From: a bacterium
Lineage (GTDB): Bacteria; UBA8248
Assembly (NCBI GenBank): GCA_965203325.1
Contig: OZ241875.1
Span: 3,552,001-3,616,000, forward strand
Length of the DNA: 64,000 nt
Direction: 5' to 3'
Each line of letters begins with the position of its first letter. Position 1 is the stretch's first letter. This document shows positions 38,721 to 48,982 of the stretch, piece after piece. Below the pieces are notes generated by a model. It had not been told where the DNA came from. It searched no databases and worked only from the letters and a program-made list of their open reading frames with translations. Position numbers and translations under genes: made by a program.

Positions 38721-41438
38721 TCAGAATTTCTTCTGCCACCCGAGCGAGACCCCGTTGCTTCGGCTTTCGCTCTCGTATTCCAGGCCGAAGGCGAATTGCG
38801 CGCTTTCTCCAAAGGGCAGGGAATACCCCAGGGCGTAAGTCGTCGCCTGCCGGCTGCGCAAGCCGATCTCGATCCGGCGACGCTCGAGCGACTGCGAGCG
38901 CCCGAGATAGAACGCTTCGGCAAAATCGGCCCCGGTCGCGACGACGTGGCTGATCCGGGCCCGTCCGCCGCGTATCCCCATTCCCTGACGGGTCGAAAAA
39001 CGCAGCCTGTCGTTGTTCCGGAATACGCCGCGCCCCTCGATTCCCGCCGAGCGGCCCGCCGCCCGCAGCCCGGATATGCCGGACAGCATGCCGCCGCTCA
39101 CGGACACCTTTCCGGCGGCGTGTTCGTAACCCAGGAACACGCGCCAGTTATCGCCCAGCGCCCTCGACAACAACAACCGGCCCTGGCGGGTCGCGGTCCG
39201 GGCGTTTCCCAGCGCGCCGGGGTGCGCCCCCCAGAAGCTGCGGTTTTCATTGATGTGGGAGACCTCGGCCACGAGGCCAAAACCGCCGCGGCTCATGCGC
39301 CACTGCAGGCCGAGCTGCCACCACGGCGTCCGGCTATGGGTGTTTCCGTCGAGCGCGGCGAACGGCCGCACGCCGTCGCCCTGCCCCTCAAAGGCGAACG
39401 AACCCCCGGCATCGGCGAAGAAGGGGGCTGCGACCGACGGGCCGGCGGCGTCGAACGCGTCCCATTCCCGCCAGGGGGATTGTTCGCACCCATCGCACAG
39501 GCCGTAGCGGAACCGCACTGCGCCCAGCAAGTCGTCCGAATAAACCGAGCCCGCCGAGCGAACACCGCCGGTTTCCGGGTCGGTCGTGACGAACGCGCCA
39601 TGGGCTTCATGGTAGTGGCCATCCGTCGGCGCGAACATGTTCGCCGCCGCGCGGGTATGCGCAGGGAATCTCCTGCCGGTTCCCCTGACGTCGACGATGC
39701 GCGAGAGCGCCATGTTGTAATACGCCCCGCGGACGCCGCCCACCGCGACAGGGACGGCTTTCAGCCCGGCGCCCACATGGGCGAGCGCCGGAGACAGGGT
39801 GATGCGGGCGTCGCGCAACGCAAGCGACCGCGTCGTTCCGGCGACCGAATACGGCAGGCGGACCGTCCCCTGCATGGCGATGGCGTTTGCCAGATTCAGC
39901 CGCCCCCAGCCGTAGACCGGGTCCGGCTCGTCGGGGTTGTCCACACGGGTCCCCATCGGGTCCGCGGCGTAGAGCAGCACGGCCTGCACCACCTCCATCG
40001 GCAGGCCGGGCAGCCGGCTCTTGAGCACGGCCAGCGCCCCGCTCACCATCGGGGCGGCGAAAGAGGTGCCTTCGAGCGCCTCGTCGGGGCCGACCCTGAG
40101 ACCCTGTCCCGGCGCGAACAGGCACCAGTTCCGCGCCTCGCCGCACCCGTTGGAAAACCGCGCGATCCTGCCGCTCCCGTCCAGCGCCCCGACCACCAGC
40201 CATTTCCCCAGCAGTCCGGGCTGGAACAGCGGCGCCACCGCCCATCCCCCGGTGGAGTTGTAGTCGGCGCAGTCGCCGCCCACGCAGTCCGTTCCCCACA
40301 TCTCCCTGAAAGAGACCGTGGGGCCGTCCCTGTCACCATCCTCGCCCTCATACAGCCAACTGAAATTCTCCATGAACTCCTCGGCGGTGAAGGCCAGGTC
40401 GCCCAGCAGGCAGCCGTCCTCGCCGATGTAGTTCTTTCCGCACATGTGAACCCTGTTGTTGATGGAGTTCCAGCCGTCGTTGCCGGCCGCCCACACCGCC
40501 ACGATATCGCGGTTCTCGAGTGCTCTCGCGGTGCCGGCGAAATCCCCATGGAGGAAACCGCCGACCAGACCCCTCTCCATAAGCGGCCGGAACAGCGGTT
40601 TGGACGGCGCCAGCCATACGCCGTCCCTGCCGGCGTACTTCCCGTAGTACCACTCCGACAGCCCGATGCTGAAGTTGAGCACCTGCGCCCGGTTGGCGAC
40701 CGCGTGTTCCATCGCCTGCACGGGCTGCCCGCCGCCGGCGAGCTGTATCGGCATGATCGAGGCCCGCGGCGCGACGCCGTGGACGTTGTAGGTGGGGATC
40801 GCACCGCCGCCGGCGGCCCTTATCTCGAAAGTCCCTCCGGTATTGTCCCTCGCCCCCGCGGCAAGCAGAGCGACATAGGTGCCGTGCCCTACCCCTAACT
40901 CCCCCGCCCGGCCCGGCTCGAACACGTTGGCGTTTCGGTTGCGCACGTGCCGCGGCGCCCTGATCCGGCCCGCCAGATCGGGGTGCGTGGGATCCAGGCC
41001 GTCGTCCGCCACCGCGATGGTCACGTCCTGGCCGAAATAGCCGCGCTGGTAGGCCGCGTCCGCGGAGATGGCGGCCAATCCGTGATGGCCCATGAACTCC
41101 GGGCTCCGGTAGTTCCGACCGTCCGAAGCGGCGGGGGCGCCGAGTTCCGTAGGGCGGAACGCGAGGGCGACCGGATTCGAGCCGGCAGGCGCCGGCGGGC
41201 CGCCGCCGGGCGGGCCACCGCCGGACGGGTCGCCGCCGCAGCCGAGCATCGCGAGATGGAACAAGGCCAGAAGCAGCAGACACGGCGCGAACCGAAGGAT
41301 CTCCCGAGGGTGGCGGGGAACGCCGTTCACGGAATCCGCCGCGGGTCCATGCTTCCGCCACATCTTCGAGAGGTGCGGTCTTAGGAGGCGGTTTTCGCAC
41401 GAACGCCGCAGGATGGCGGCAATGCCGGCGCAGTTCAT
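38721..41438 (-). CDS. S8 subtilase lipoprotein with C-terminal beta-rich/autotransporter-like region
   Basis: AGGAGG RBS; lipobox MLGC; catalytic VADDG, HGTYVA, AAGN, GTSFAAP; YGWG; ends GVSLGWQKKF. Confidence 0.85.
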   Translation of the reverse strand: MNCAGIAAILRRSCENRLLRPHLSKMWRKHGPAADSVNGVPRHPREILRFAPCLLLLALFHLAMLGCGGDPSGGGPPGGGPPAPAGSNPVALAFRPTELGAPAASDGRNYRSPEFMGHHGLAAISADAAYQRGYFGQDVTIAVADDGLDPTHPDLAGRIRAPRHVRNRNANVFEPGRAGELGVGHGTYVALLAAGARDNTGGTFEIRAAGGGAIPTYNVHGVAPRASIMPIQLAGGGQPVQAMEHAVANRAQVLNFSIGLSEWYYGKYAGRDGVWLAPSKPLFRPLMERGLVGGFLHGDFAGTARALENRDIVAVWAAGNDGWNSINNRVHMCGKNYIGEDGCLLGDLAFTAEEFMENFSWLYEGEDGDRDGPTVSFREMWGTDCVGGDCADYNSTGGWAVAPLFQPGLLGKWLVVGALDGSGRIARFSNGCGEARNWCLFAPGQGLRVGPDEALEGTSFAAPMVSGALAVLKSRLPGLPMEVVQAVLLYAADPMGTRVDNPDEPDPVYGWGRLNLANAIAMQGTVRLPYSVAGTTRSLALRDARITLSPALAHVGAGLKAVPVAVGGVRGAYYNMALSRIVDVRGTGRRFPAHTRAAANMFAPTDGHYHEAHGAFVTTDPETGGVRSAGSVYSDDLLGAVRFRYGLCDGCEQSPWREWDAFDAAGPSVAAPFFADAGGSFAFEGQGDGVRPFAALDGNTHSRTPWWQLGLQWRMSRGGFGLVAEVSHINENRSFWGAHPGALGNARTATRQGRLLLSRALGDNWRVFLGYEHAAGKVSVSGGMLSGISGLRAAGRSAGIEGRGVFRNNDRLRFSTRQGMGIRGGRARISHVVATGADFAEAFYLGRSQSLERRRIEIGLRSRQATTYALGYSLPFGESAQFAFGLEYESESRSNGVSLGWQKKF

Positions 41439-41839
41439 TCCGAGACCTCCTGTGCAAGACACATGGCCCGCACTCATGACGCCCCGGGCATGCTCATGAG
41501 TGAACTTTCAGTAGAAATGCGTTTACCGAGAGCGTAAATGATTGTAGCAAAATATTATATCTTTTTTGTGTCTTCCCGGTTGATTCGAATATTTTTATCG
41601 CGTAGTTCCGGGTTTTTCGTCCTACCGGCAGGTCCCGATAAGCGCGAGCGATGAAGAGAACGACTGGAGCCAGTCACCGCGCCTTGATACGGTACATACT
41701 GCGGCCGAACATTGTCCGCGCAATGGCAAGCCGCTGCTTTCTCGCGCAGCCGGCAGGACCGGGAAAGCGGTCGACGCAAGCCGGGATTTGAGCCTTCGGC
41801 ACCGGTTGCTCCAGCGAACCGGGCGACGAACGGATCCAG

Positions 41840-42170
41840 CCGGACGCGCGCGGTTTCGTCGCGCCAGCGGCCGGGAATGTCCTCGCCGAGAGGCCGCGCC
41901 ACGCGGCCACATCAGACAGCCCCGATCCCGGATTTGTAATGGCCGAAGCCAGTAGCGCAACATGGACGCGACCCTGCGAAGCTACGACGCCGGACTTCCG
42001 CCAGATGGCCCCGCAGGGCGTTGATTGCCTGAGCGCGCTGGCGAACCAGCAAATCGCGCGTGCGAAACAGCGTCCCCCGGGCCTGTTGCTCTTCCGTCTT
42101 CACCGCCATAAACCTCATGATCGAGCGGGAGGCCGCCTCGCGGATCGCATCCGCATCCGCATCCGTAGCG
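41840..42170 (-). pseudogene. IS110-family transposase remnant (frameshifted)
   Basis: DADAIREAASRSIMRFMAVKTEEQQARGTLFRTRDLLVRQRAQAINALRGHLAE, continuing in another frame as GVVASQGRVHVALLASAI. Confidence 0.8.
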
Positions 42171-42262
42171 CGGACGAGCCGCGTTGGTGAAATCCGGACA
42201 GTTGTGGAAACTCGTGAAACCTGCGCCTCGAAGCGGTGTAGCCGGAGTTCGAGCGGGGCGTG

Positions 42263-42862
42263 TCAGTCGAGGATCTGGAAATGCGCTTCGGTCGGCTCGC
42301 GCGCCTCGCCGTTGACAGGCAGGATGTCCTGCGGGCAGGCGGAGAAGACGACGACGACGTCGAGATTGGCCTCGAACAGCACGTGGTCGCCCGCTTTCGA
42401 GACCGGCGCGGCGAATTCGAGGTTGCCGTCCGCCTCCCAGGGGATGTTCATGAACAGGTTGAGCGGCGAGGGCGTCTCGGGCGGCGTCAGTCCGAGCTCG
42501 TAGAGGGCTGCGGCCAGATTGTCGGTGCAGTTGTCGTGGTATTCCGTGCAGCCGAGCAGGCCGTAGCGGTAGTCGTCACATGCGGCGATCAACGTGTCGT
42601 GAACGCCGGGCGAGGTGTCCTCGACGAGCGTCAGGATGGGACGGCGTCGGTTGCTGTAGAGCGCATCGCCCACCTCCGGACGCATCTTCGTGAGGGTTGC
42701 GCGGGTGTGCTCCATCGACATGAACTCGCGCAGGTCGCGCTGTGTGAAGGCCCATGTGTCCACGACCTGCGCGCCGTGGGTGTTGACGACCTTGATCTTC
42801 TGGCCCCTGGCGACCGGAGCGGCCCTGCCGCATCGCGCCGGAATCGTCTGCAGCCCGGACAT
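42263..42862 (-). CDS. Urea carboxylase-associated family protein (DUF1989)
   Basis: G.QVVDTWAF, LYSNRRRP, HDTL.AACD, HDNC.DNL, LNLFMN.P, SACPQD. Confidence 0.88.
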   Translation of the reverse strand: MSGLQTIPARCGRAAPVARGQKIKVVNTHGAQVVDTWAFTQRDLREFMSMEHTRATLTKMRPEVGDALYSNRRRPILTLVEDTSPGVHDTLIAACDDYRYGLLGCTEYHDNCTDNLAAALYELGLTPPETPSPLNLFMNIPWEADGNLEFAAPVSKAGDHVLFEANLDVVVVFSACPQDILPVNGEAREPTEAHFQILD

Positions 42863-42892
42863 GACTTGCCTCCCCTGGTGGATGGGAACGCC

Positions 42893-42980
42893 AACATAAC
42901 CCCCGCTTCGCGGCGGCGTCAAGGCGTCGCGACGCCTCCGTCGCTCCGGGTTTGACAGGCGCCGGGGAGTGCACTAGATT
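42893..42980. promoter_or_regulatory. Back-to-back sigma70 promoters with a central 16-bp palindrome
   Basis: + strand TTGACA(42952)-17-TAGATT(42975); - strand TTGACG(42922)-18-TATGTT; AGGCGTCGCGACGCCT at 42922-42937. Confidence 0.6.
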
Positions 42981-43073
42981 TCGAGGGCGAGGCCGTCATG
43001 GCGCTCGCTGAGGTTTTATTCCATTCCGCGCCGGCGGAGCCGGCGCAACGCGTGAGAGGGGAGGATCGGGGCA

Positions 43074-43928
43074 TTGACTTCATTCAAACGGGCGTGGGCG
43101 GTCGCATTCACGGTTGCCGTGGCGGCGAGTCTTGGCTTTTCCGGCGGTCCGGCCAGGGCGGATCTCCTCTCCGATATCAAGAAACGAGGCGAATTCATTG
43201 TCGGGACCGAGGCCCGGTTCCCGCCGTTCGAGTTTGTAAAAGACGGCAGGATCGTGGGCTACTCGACAGACATCATGGCGCACGTCATGAAGGCGTTGCC
43301 GGGGGTCAGGCTGAAACGGCTCGATCTTCCCTGGCAGGGGATTCTTCCCGGCCTGTCGGCGGCCAAGTTCGACTACGTCGTCACCTCCGTGACCGTCACC
43401 AGGGCGCGCTACGAGAAATACGCGCTGAGCCTGCCGGTCGCCGACGCGACGATGGCGCTGGTCAAGCGCAAGGGCGACAATTCGATCAGGGCGCCTGAGG
43501 ACATCGCCGGGCACGTGGTGGGCTCACAGGCGGGTTCGGCGCAACTGCAGGCCCTCCAGGCTTTCGCCAGTAAACTCAAGGGCGCAGGCAAGGGGGTCAA
43601 GGGGATCAAGACATACGTCGATTTCAACGAGGCCTTCGCCGATCTGGCGGCAGGAAGGATCAGCGCCGTCTGCAACAGCCTGCCGAACCTGCTGGATCTC
43701 GTTCGCAAGCGGCCGGACAGGTTCGAGATGGTGCTGCCGACATTCGGTCCCAAGAAGTATTTCAGCTGGGCCGGGCGCAAGGACGCCAAAAGCGCTTCGC
43801 TGGTCGCCTTCATGAATGAGCAGCTCGCCAGGCTCAACAAGACGGGTGTGCTGACCGCGCTGCAGAAGAAGTGGTTCGGCGGGCCCATGGAGTTGCCGTC
43901 CGACAAGCTGCCGGTGCCGCACGACTAG
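43074..43928 (+). CDS. Polar amino acid ABC transporter substrate-binding protein
   Basis: Signal peptide; GTEARFPPFEF, W.GILPGL...KFD, DL.AGRI. Confidence 0.9.
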   Translation: MTSFKRAWAVAFTVAVAASLGFSGGPARADLLSDIKKRGEFIVGTEARFPPFEFVKDGRIVGYSTDIMAHVMKALPGVRLKRLDLPWQGILPGLSAAKFDYVVTSVTVTRARYEKYALSLPVADATMALVKRKGDNSIRAPEDIAGHVVGSQAGSAQLQALQAFASKLKGAGKGVKGIKTYVDFNEAFADLAAGRISAVCNSLPNLLDLVRKRPDRFEMVLPTFGPKKYFSWAGRKDAKSASLVAFMNEQLARLNKTGVLTALQKKWFGGPMELPSDKLPVPHD

Positions 43929-43958
43929 GCGCCGGCCGGTAATCGACGGGTCCCGCCG

Positions 43959-44612
43959 GTGGATTTTTCTGGCGTCATTTCGAACCACTATGGTGCGTTC
44001 CTCGCCGGGGCGGGGATGACCGTCACGGTTTCGGCGGTCTCCATCGCCGCCGGCATGGTCATGGGTCTCGGGCTCAGTTTCGGCCTGATCTCCCGGAGAC
44101 GATCGATCCGGCGGCCCTCGGCCGCCTACCGGAGCGTCTGGCGAGGGACGCCCATCCTGGTGCAGTTGCTGATCGTCTTCTACCTGCTGCCGGAGATCGG
44201 CCTCGACGTACCGCCGGTCGCCGCGGCGATAATCGCGCTGGCGATGAACACCGCGGCGTTTCAGGCCGAGATATTCCGGGGCGGCCTGCTGTCCATCCCG
44301 CCGGGTCAGGTCGAGGCCGCGCGCATGCTCGGGATCGGCATGCCGGCCATCCGGGTCAGGATCCTGATTCCACAGATGATGCGCCTGGTCCTGCCGGCGC
44401 TCGTCAACGAGACCATCAGCATCCTCAAGAACTCCTCGCTGATCTCGGTGATCGCGGTGACCGAACTCATGCGCACCAGCCAGCAGGTGGTGTCCGTCAC
44501 GTACCGGCCGCTGGAAGCCTACATGATCGCGGCCCTCATATACCTCGCCATGAACCTGGTGCTGGCCCGCGCCGGGGCCTGGTTCGAGAGGCGCTACGCG
44601 GCGGCGCGCTAG
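43959..44612 (+). CDS. Amino acid ABC transporter permease
   Basis: RGTP.LVQL, AEIFRGG, GQVEAA..LG, LKNSSL. Confidence 0.9.
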   Translation: MDFSGVISNHYGAFLAGAGMTVTVSAVSIAAGMVMGLGLSFGLISRRRSIRRPSAAYRSVWRGTPILVQLLIVFYLLPEIGLDVPPVAAAIIALAMNTAAFQAEIFRGGLLSIPPGQVEAARMLGIGMPAIRVRILIPQMMRLVLPALVNETISILKNSSLISVIAVTELMRTSQQVVSVTYRPLEAYMIAALIYLAMNLVLARAGAWFERRYAAAR

Positions 44613-44630
44613 CCGCTCAAGGGGGAAACC

Positions 44631-45287
44631 GTGTCGTTCGACATCGACATCATGTTCCGCTATGGCCCGCTGTTGCTGTCGGGATTGTGGACGACGGTCT
44701 ATGTCTGCGCGCTGGCGTCGCTTCTGGCCGTCGCCGCCGGTCTCGGGGTTGCGGTGCTCTACGGCCTGCCGATGCGCCCCGTGAAGCTGCTGTGCCGGGC
44801 CTACATCGAGGTCATGCGCGGGACCCCGATACTGACCCTACTGTTCATCCTCTACTACGGGGGGCCTTCGTTCGGCCTCACCCTGGATGCCGAACCGGTC
44901 GGGATCATCGGCCTCGGGCTCTACGGCGGGGGGTATTTCGCAGAAATATTCAGGGCCGGGTTCCAGTCCATCCCTGCGGGGCAGCTCGAGGCCGCGCGCA
45001 TGCTCGGCATCCCGCGCCGGCTGATCGTCGCCCGCATCCAGATCCCCCAGATGCTGACGCTGATCATCCCCCCGTCCACGAACCAGATCATCATCCTGGT
45101 CAAGGAATCGGCCCTCCTGTCGATCATCACCGTCGCCGAGCTGACGAAGAACACGACGCAGATGGTCAACGAGACCTTCGCGGTGGTCGAGCCCTACGTG
45201 GCGGTCGCCCTGCTCTACTGGCTGATCATCGAGGGCATCGCGCTCACCGGCGGGGCGCTCGAGCGCCGGTTCAGGTACGCATCATGA
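44631..45287 (+). CDS. Amino acid ABC transporter permease
   Basis: RGTP, AEIFRAG, GQLEAA..LG, KESALLS. Confidence 0.9.
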   Translation: MSFDIDIMFRYGPLLLSGLWTTVYVCALASLLAVAAGLGVAVLYGLPMRPVKLLCRAYIEVMRGTPILTLLFILYYGGPSFGLTLDAEPVGIIGLGLYGGGYFAEIFRAGFQSIPAGQLEAARMLGIPRRLIVARIQIPQMLTLIIPPSTNQIIILVKESALLSIITVAELTKNTTQMVNETFAVVEPYVAVALLYWLIIEGIALTGGALERRFRYAS

Positions 45288-46090
45288 CGGGCGAAGCGCG
45301 AGGCGACGCCATGGAACACAAACCCGTGGTCCTAGTCGAGGGCCTGCACAAGCGCTTCGGCGCGGCTCACGTCCTCAAGGGGATCGACCTCGCGGTCGAG
45401 AGTTCACGGGTGGTCTGCGTCATCGGTCCGTCGGGTTCGGGAAAGAGCACGCTTCTGCGCTGCATGGCGTTTCTCGACCGCTACGACGAGGGCCGGGTGT
45501 TCATCGAGGGCCGGCTGCTGGGCTACCGCGAGGTCGACGGGGGGCTTGCGCCCGACAGCGAGCGCAACATCGACAGCGTGCGCAGCGTCATCGGCATGGT
45601 CTTCCAGCACTACAACCTGTGGCCGCACAAGACGGCGCTCGGCAACGTGACCGAGGCGCTTCGCGTGGTGAAGGGACTCGGCAGGCGGGAAGCGGAGGCG
45701 ATCGGCATGGAGACGCTGGCCAAGGTGGGGATGGACGACAGGGCCCACGCCTATCCGGCCCGGCTCTCGGGCGGGCAGCAGCAGCGCACCGCGATCGCCC
45801 GGGCGCTGGCGATGCGGCCGCACGTGATGTATTTCGACGAGCCGACGTCGGCGCTGGACCCCGAACTCGTGGGCGAGGTGCTTCAGGTGATGCAGGAGCT
45901 TGCGGGCGAGGGCATGACCATGGTCGTGGTCACCCACGAGATGGGATTCGCCGCGCACGTGGCCGACGAGGTCGTGTTCATGGACGGGGGCGAGGTCATC
46001 GAGCGGGGTTCCCCGGACGATGTCTTCAAGCGGCCGCGAAGCGAGCGCCTGCGCGAGTTCCTCGATACCTGGCGGGCGCGCTCGATATGA
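45284..46090 (+). CDS. Amino acid ABC transporter ATP-binding protein
   Basis: [36 protein letters not shown]; start 45284 (ATGA overlap) or 45311. Confidence 0.92.
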   Translation: MTGEARGDAMEHKPVVLVEGLHKRFGAAHVLKGIDLAVESSRVVCVIGPSGSGKSTLLRCMAFLDRYDEGRVFIEGRLLGYREVDGGLAPDSERNIDSVRSVIGMVFQHYNLWPHKTALGNVTEALRVVKGLGRREAEAIGMETLAKVGMDDRAHAYPARLSGGQQQRTAIARALAMRPHVMYFDEPTSALDPELVGEVLQVMQELAGEGMTMVVVTHEMGFAAHVADEVVFMDGGEVIERGSPDDVFKRPRSERLREFLDTWRARSI

Positions 46091-46197
46091 CGGCCGGGAC
46101 CGGTCGGCGAAGGGCCTGAGACCGTTGCCCATCCCCTCGGCCGGACCCGAGCCGGGCGGCTGCGGGTCTCGCAGGCAGGCGCGGGATTCTCCTCGTT

Positions 46198-46668
46198 CTA
46201 TTCGGCGGGCTCGTCTCTGAGGTATTTGAATACCGCATAGCCCGCCGTATCGTCCGATTCATCCACCACATGCCTTATCGGAACGATCTGCAGGTTTTTC
46301 CATTGCGTGTATTCGGCGAAATCCAGGGTCTCCGCCAGAAGCAGGCCGACGGAGACAACGCGTGCGCGCCCGGTCCGATCCCTCGCCCCGAACCGGCAGT
46401 CGTATCCCCCGACAAAGGTGGAGCCTGCGGGGGACACGAAATTGGACAGGCTGTTCAGAACGCTCTCGAGGAGCGACTTCCGTTCCACGCGTACGGAATC
46501 CGGAGACAGCGAATACCCCTTGTTCGCCGTCCATTTCGCGGCGAAAATCCTGCAATGCCCCTGCAGGCTCACACCCTCTTCCGGGGACGACCGCCCCCCG
46601 TGGCCTTTCCCGCCGGCGAAGCCTGCGAAAATGGCGATGGAAACGACGCAGACGGCGAGAATTCTCAT
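46198..46668 (-). CDS. Hypothetical exported protein
   Basis: Signal-like N-terminus, GAGG RBS; a conserved paralog fragment at 28231-28464 supports coding status. Confidence 0.75.
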   Translation of the reverse strand: MRILAVCVVSIAIFAGFAGGKGHGGRSSPEEGVSLQGHCRIFAAKWTANKGYSLSPDSVRVERKSLLESVLNSLSNFVSPAGSTFVGGYDCRFGARDRTGRARVVSVGLLLAETLDFAEYTQWKNLQIVPIRHVVDESDDTAGYAVFKYLRDEPAE

Positions 46669-47166
46669 TTGCGCTCATCCTCTCCGCAGAAAAAAGACGG
46701 GAGGCGGGGCCGGCGACGACCCTCCGAGCGGCGGGCCGAACGCGCTGCCTTCAGGCGCTCCTGCCGGCCACCGGTCCCGTTTTCCAAAGGGCGCCACCCC
46801 TCCCTGCAAACAGGAGAAAGCCGGTAGAGGTGGCTGGCCGCTTCAGGGAGGCGACCCAAGGTCACGAGGAGGCGATCCGTTTTCCCCCCTGAAACGTCCT
46901 TCCCTGCAAAAGTCGCCACTCCTTCCGCTTGCGCAAGGCATTAAAGAGCGCTCGCCCGTGGCCTCCAGCGCGGCGCGGAATTTTTCCGCCAAGGAAACGT
47001 GCTGCTAGGCATCGAGGACTATCCAGCTCTCGGGCGTAAAGAACGCGCCCGCGTTCGAATCGCCGCTCTCGCCGATGAATGCGTGAACGCCCTCGGCGAG
47101 GGTCACGAGTCCCGCATCCGAATGATTCGTCATATCAAATCCTTATTCTACGGCCTGGACGCTTTG

Positions 47167-47940
47167 CTACCCGATCCTTTCTTCGGTGTTGAGGTACTGT
47201 CGCACCTGCCTTGTAAGGTGCGTAAATTCGAGTGTTTCCGTGGAAGCCACCGTACGCGGACGTGATAATTCAACCTTTATCTCCCCGACGATGCGACCCG
47301 GACGCGGTGACATGACCAGAACACGGTCGGCCAGATAAACGGCTTCCGATATGCTGTGCGTTATGAAAAGTACGGTCTTGCGGCGTTTCATCCAGATACT
47401 TTGCAGTTCACTGTTCATCTGTTCACGCGTCATGGCGTCGAGGGCGCCAAACGGTTCGTCCATCAGCAACAGATCAGGATCATGAATAAGCGCGCGGCAA
47501 AGGCCGACACGCTGCTGCATTCCGCCGGAAAGCTGGTGCGGATAGGCATTCTCGAAGCCTTCGAGCGCGACCAGTTGAATCAACTCCTGCGCCGTCTCCC
47601 GGTAGTCCTCTACGCGCAAGCCCCGTATTTCGATCTGGAGGAGAATGTTCTCCAGGATCGAACGCCAAGCCATTAACAGAGGACTTTGAAAGACTACTCC
47701 GACCGAGGCTGTCGGCCCCTTTATCTCCCGCCCGTTTACCCGGATTGCCCCGCTGGATGGCGAGAGCAATCCGGAAACGAGCTTCAGGAGCGTGCTTTTC
47801 CCACAACCGCTGGGGCCGACGAGGGCGACGAACTCACCCTCGGAAGCAAAGATGGATACATTGTCGAGCGCGTGTACATCGGCGTTCGCAGCGTGATAAG
47901 TGAGACTGACGTCGTCAATCCCGATTACCTCGCCATTCAT
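47167..47940 (-). CDS. ABC transporter ATP-binding protein (nitrate/sulfonate/taurine class)
   Basis: GPSGCGKST, LSGGMQQR, MDEPFGALD, ITHS..EAV.LADR. Confidence 0.92.
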   Translation of the reverse strand: MNGEVIGIDDVSLTYHAANADVHALDNVSIFASEGEFVALVGPSGCGKSTLLKLVSGLLSPSSGAIRVNGREIKGPTASVGVVFQSPLLMAWRSILENILLQIEIRGLRVEDYRETAQELIQLVALEGFENAYPHQLSGGMQQRVGLCRALIHDPDLLLMDEPFGALDAMTREQMNSELQSIWMKRRKTVLFITHSISEAVYLADRVLVMSPRPGRIVGEIKVELSRPRTVASTETLEFTHLTRQVRQYLNTEERIG

Positions 47941-47945
47941 CGTTT

Positions 47946-48965
47946 TTAGTTCTTCGGGACAAACTTGTTGCTGTAAAATTTATCGGCTGGAAGAGTCTTC
48001 TTGAGCCGCCCCGTTTTCACGAGGATCTGTACGGCATTGTCCCAATCCGCCTTGCTCGTCCATCCGTAGGGCTTGCCTGCCGTGTTCTTCGTTCCGAGCC
48101 GTCGATGCGTCTCCTGCCATTGGAGCTTAACCGACTCCCTGCGCTTTTCCGCCGTTTTGGACAATCGCATGGCGATGTCGACAGCCTCGTCGATGTTCTC
48201 TTTCTTCACCACATCCTTCAGCGCCCGCGCAACCGCGCGCACAAAACGCTGCACCTGGCCGGGTTTCTCCGCAATCCTTTGCTCGTGAACCACCACGCCA
48301 TGGCCCAGTGGAGATATGCCGAAATCCGAGAACTTCATAAAGTACACCGGCTTCCCTTTCCCCTGGCGGGCGCGCACGACGAGATCAAGCGGTGAGCCGA
48401 TGACGACGCTGATGAATGAATCGACTTTGCCGTTCACGAAAGTGGTGTTGCGCGTAGCGCCGCTGGTAACACGGATCTGAACTTTCTCCGGCGGAATTTT
48501 ATTGACGGACAGCAAGAGGTCGAACATGGATTTGTGCCCGGCCGTCATGGCCACCGATCTGCCAATCAGGTCCTGGGGTTTTCGAATCGGGCTGGCCTCG
48601 TGCGAAATCACTGCCCATGCTCCCTTCTGCACCACCCCGAAAACGCCCTTGAGCTTCATGCCTTTGGCGACGCCGGAGGCCATGAACATATAATCCGCAA
48701 CCCCGAAATCGTCATGCTTTCCACTAATCAGACCAACCGTTTTACTGGAGCCGGCGCCTTCCTTTATGGTCACGTTCAGTTTTTCCGCCGCAAAATACCC
48801 CTTTTCCTTCGCCCAGTAGAACGGCAGATGATAGCCGGACAGTCTCCAGTCAAGGCGCAGGCTCACAGATTCTGCCGCCTGTGACGAGTGGGCGGGAAAG
48901 AAGGTTACAGACAAAAGGAATGCCGAGACAACAAACAGCCCTGTGCGCAAAATGGAACCCATCAT
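47946..48965 (-). CDS. ABC substrate-binding protein, NMT1/THI5-SsuA class
   Basis: Signal peptide; LRLDW...GYH.PFY.A.EKGYF..E.L.V.I.EG.GS. Confidence 0.88.
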   Translation of the reverse strand: MMGSILRTGLFVVSAFLLSVTFFPAHSSQAAESVSLRLDWRLSGYHLPFYWAKEKGYFAAEKLNVTIKEGAGSSKTVGLISGKHDDFGVADYMFMASGVAKGMKLKGVFGVVQKGAWAVISHEASPIRKPQDLIGRSVAMTAGHKSMFDLLLSVNKIPPEKVQIRVTSGATRNTTFVNGKVDSFISVVIGSPLDLVVRARQGKGKPVYFMKFSDFGISPLGHGVVVHEQRIAEKPGQVQRFVRAVARALKDVVKKENIDEAVDIAMRLSKTAEKRRESVKLQWQETHRRLGTKNTAGKPYGWTSKADWDNAVQILVKTGRLKKTLPADKFYSNKFVPKN

Positions 48966-48982
48966 CTTCCAATCCTCCTTTT

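Noticed and set aside
38622..40898. 758-aa + strand ORF opposite the subtilase, and the similar 23257-25047 ORF
   Set aside because: Arg/Pro/Ala-rich antisense shadows with no motifs; the opposite strand carries clear catalytic motifs
42863..43073. Guanidine riboswitch upstream of DUF1989 or the ABC operon
   Set aside because: I could not identify paired ACGR-loop hairpins or a ykkC consensus by eye; needs an Rfam scan
44687..45283. N-terminal extension of the 467-aa ATPase ORF
   Set aside because: It overlaps the permease in another frame; the true start is 45284 or 45311
46999..47160. LGIEDYPALGRKERAR resembling an integrase arm domain
   Set aside because: The match is too short and there is no catalytic domain or att/tRNA site
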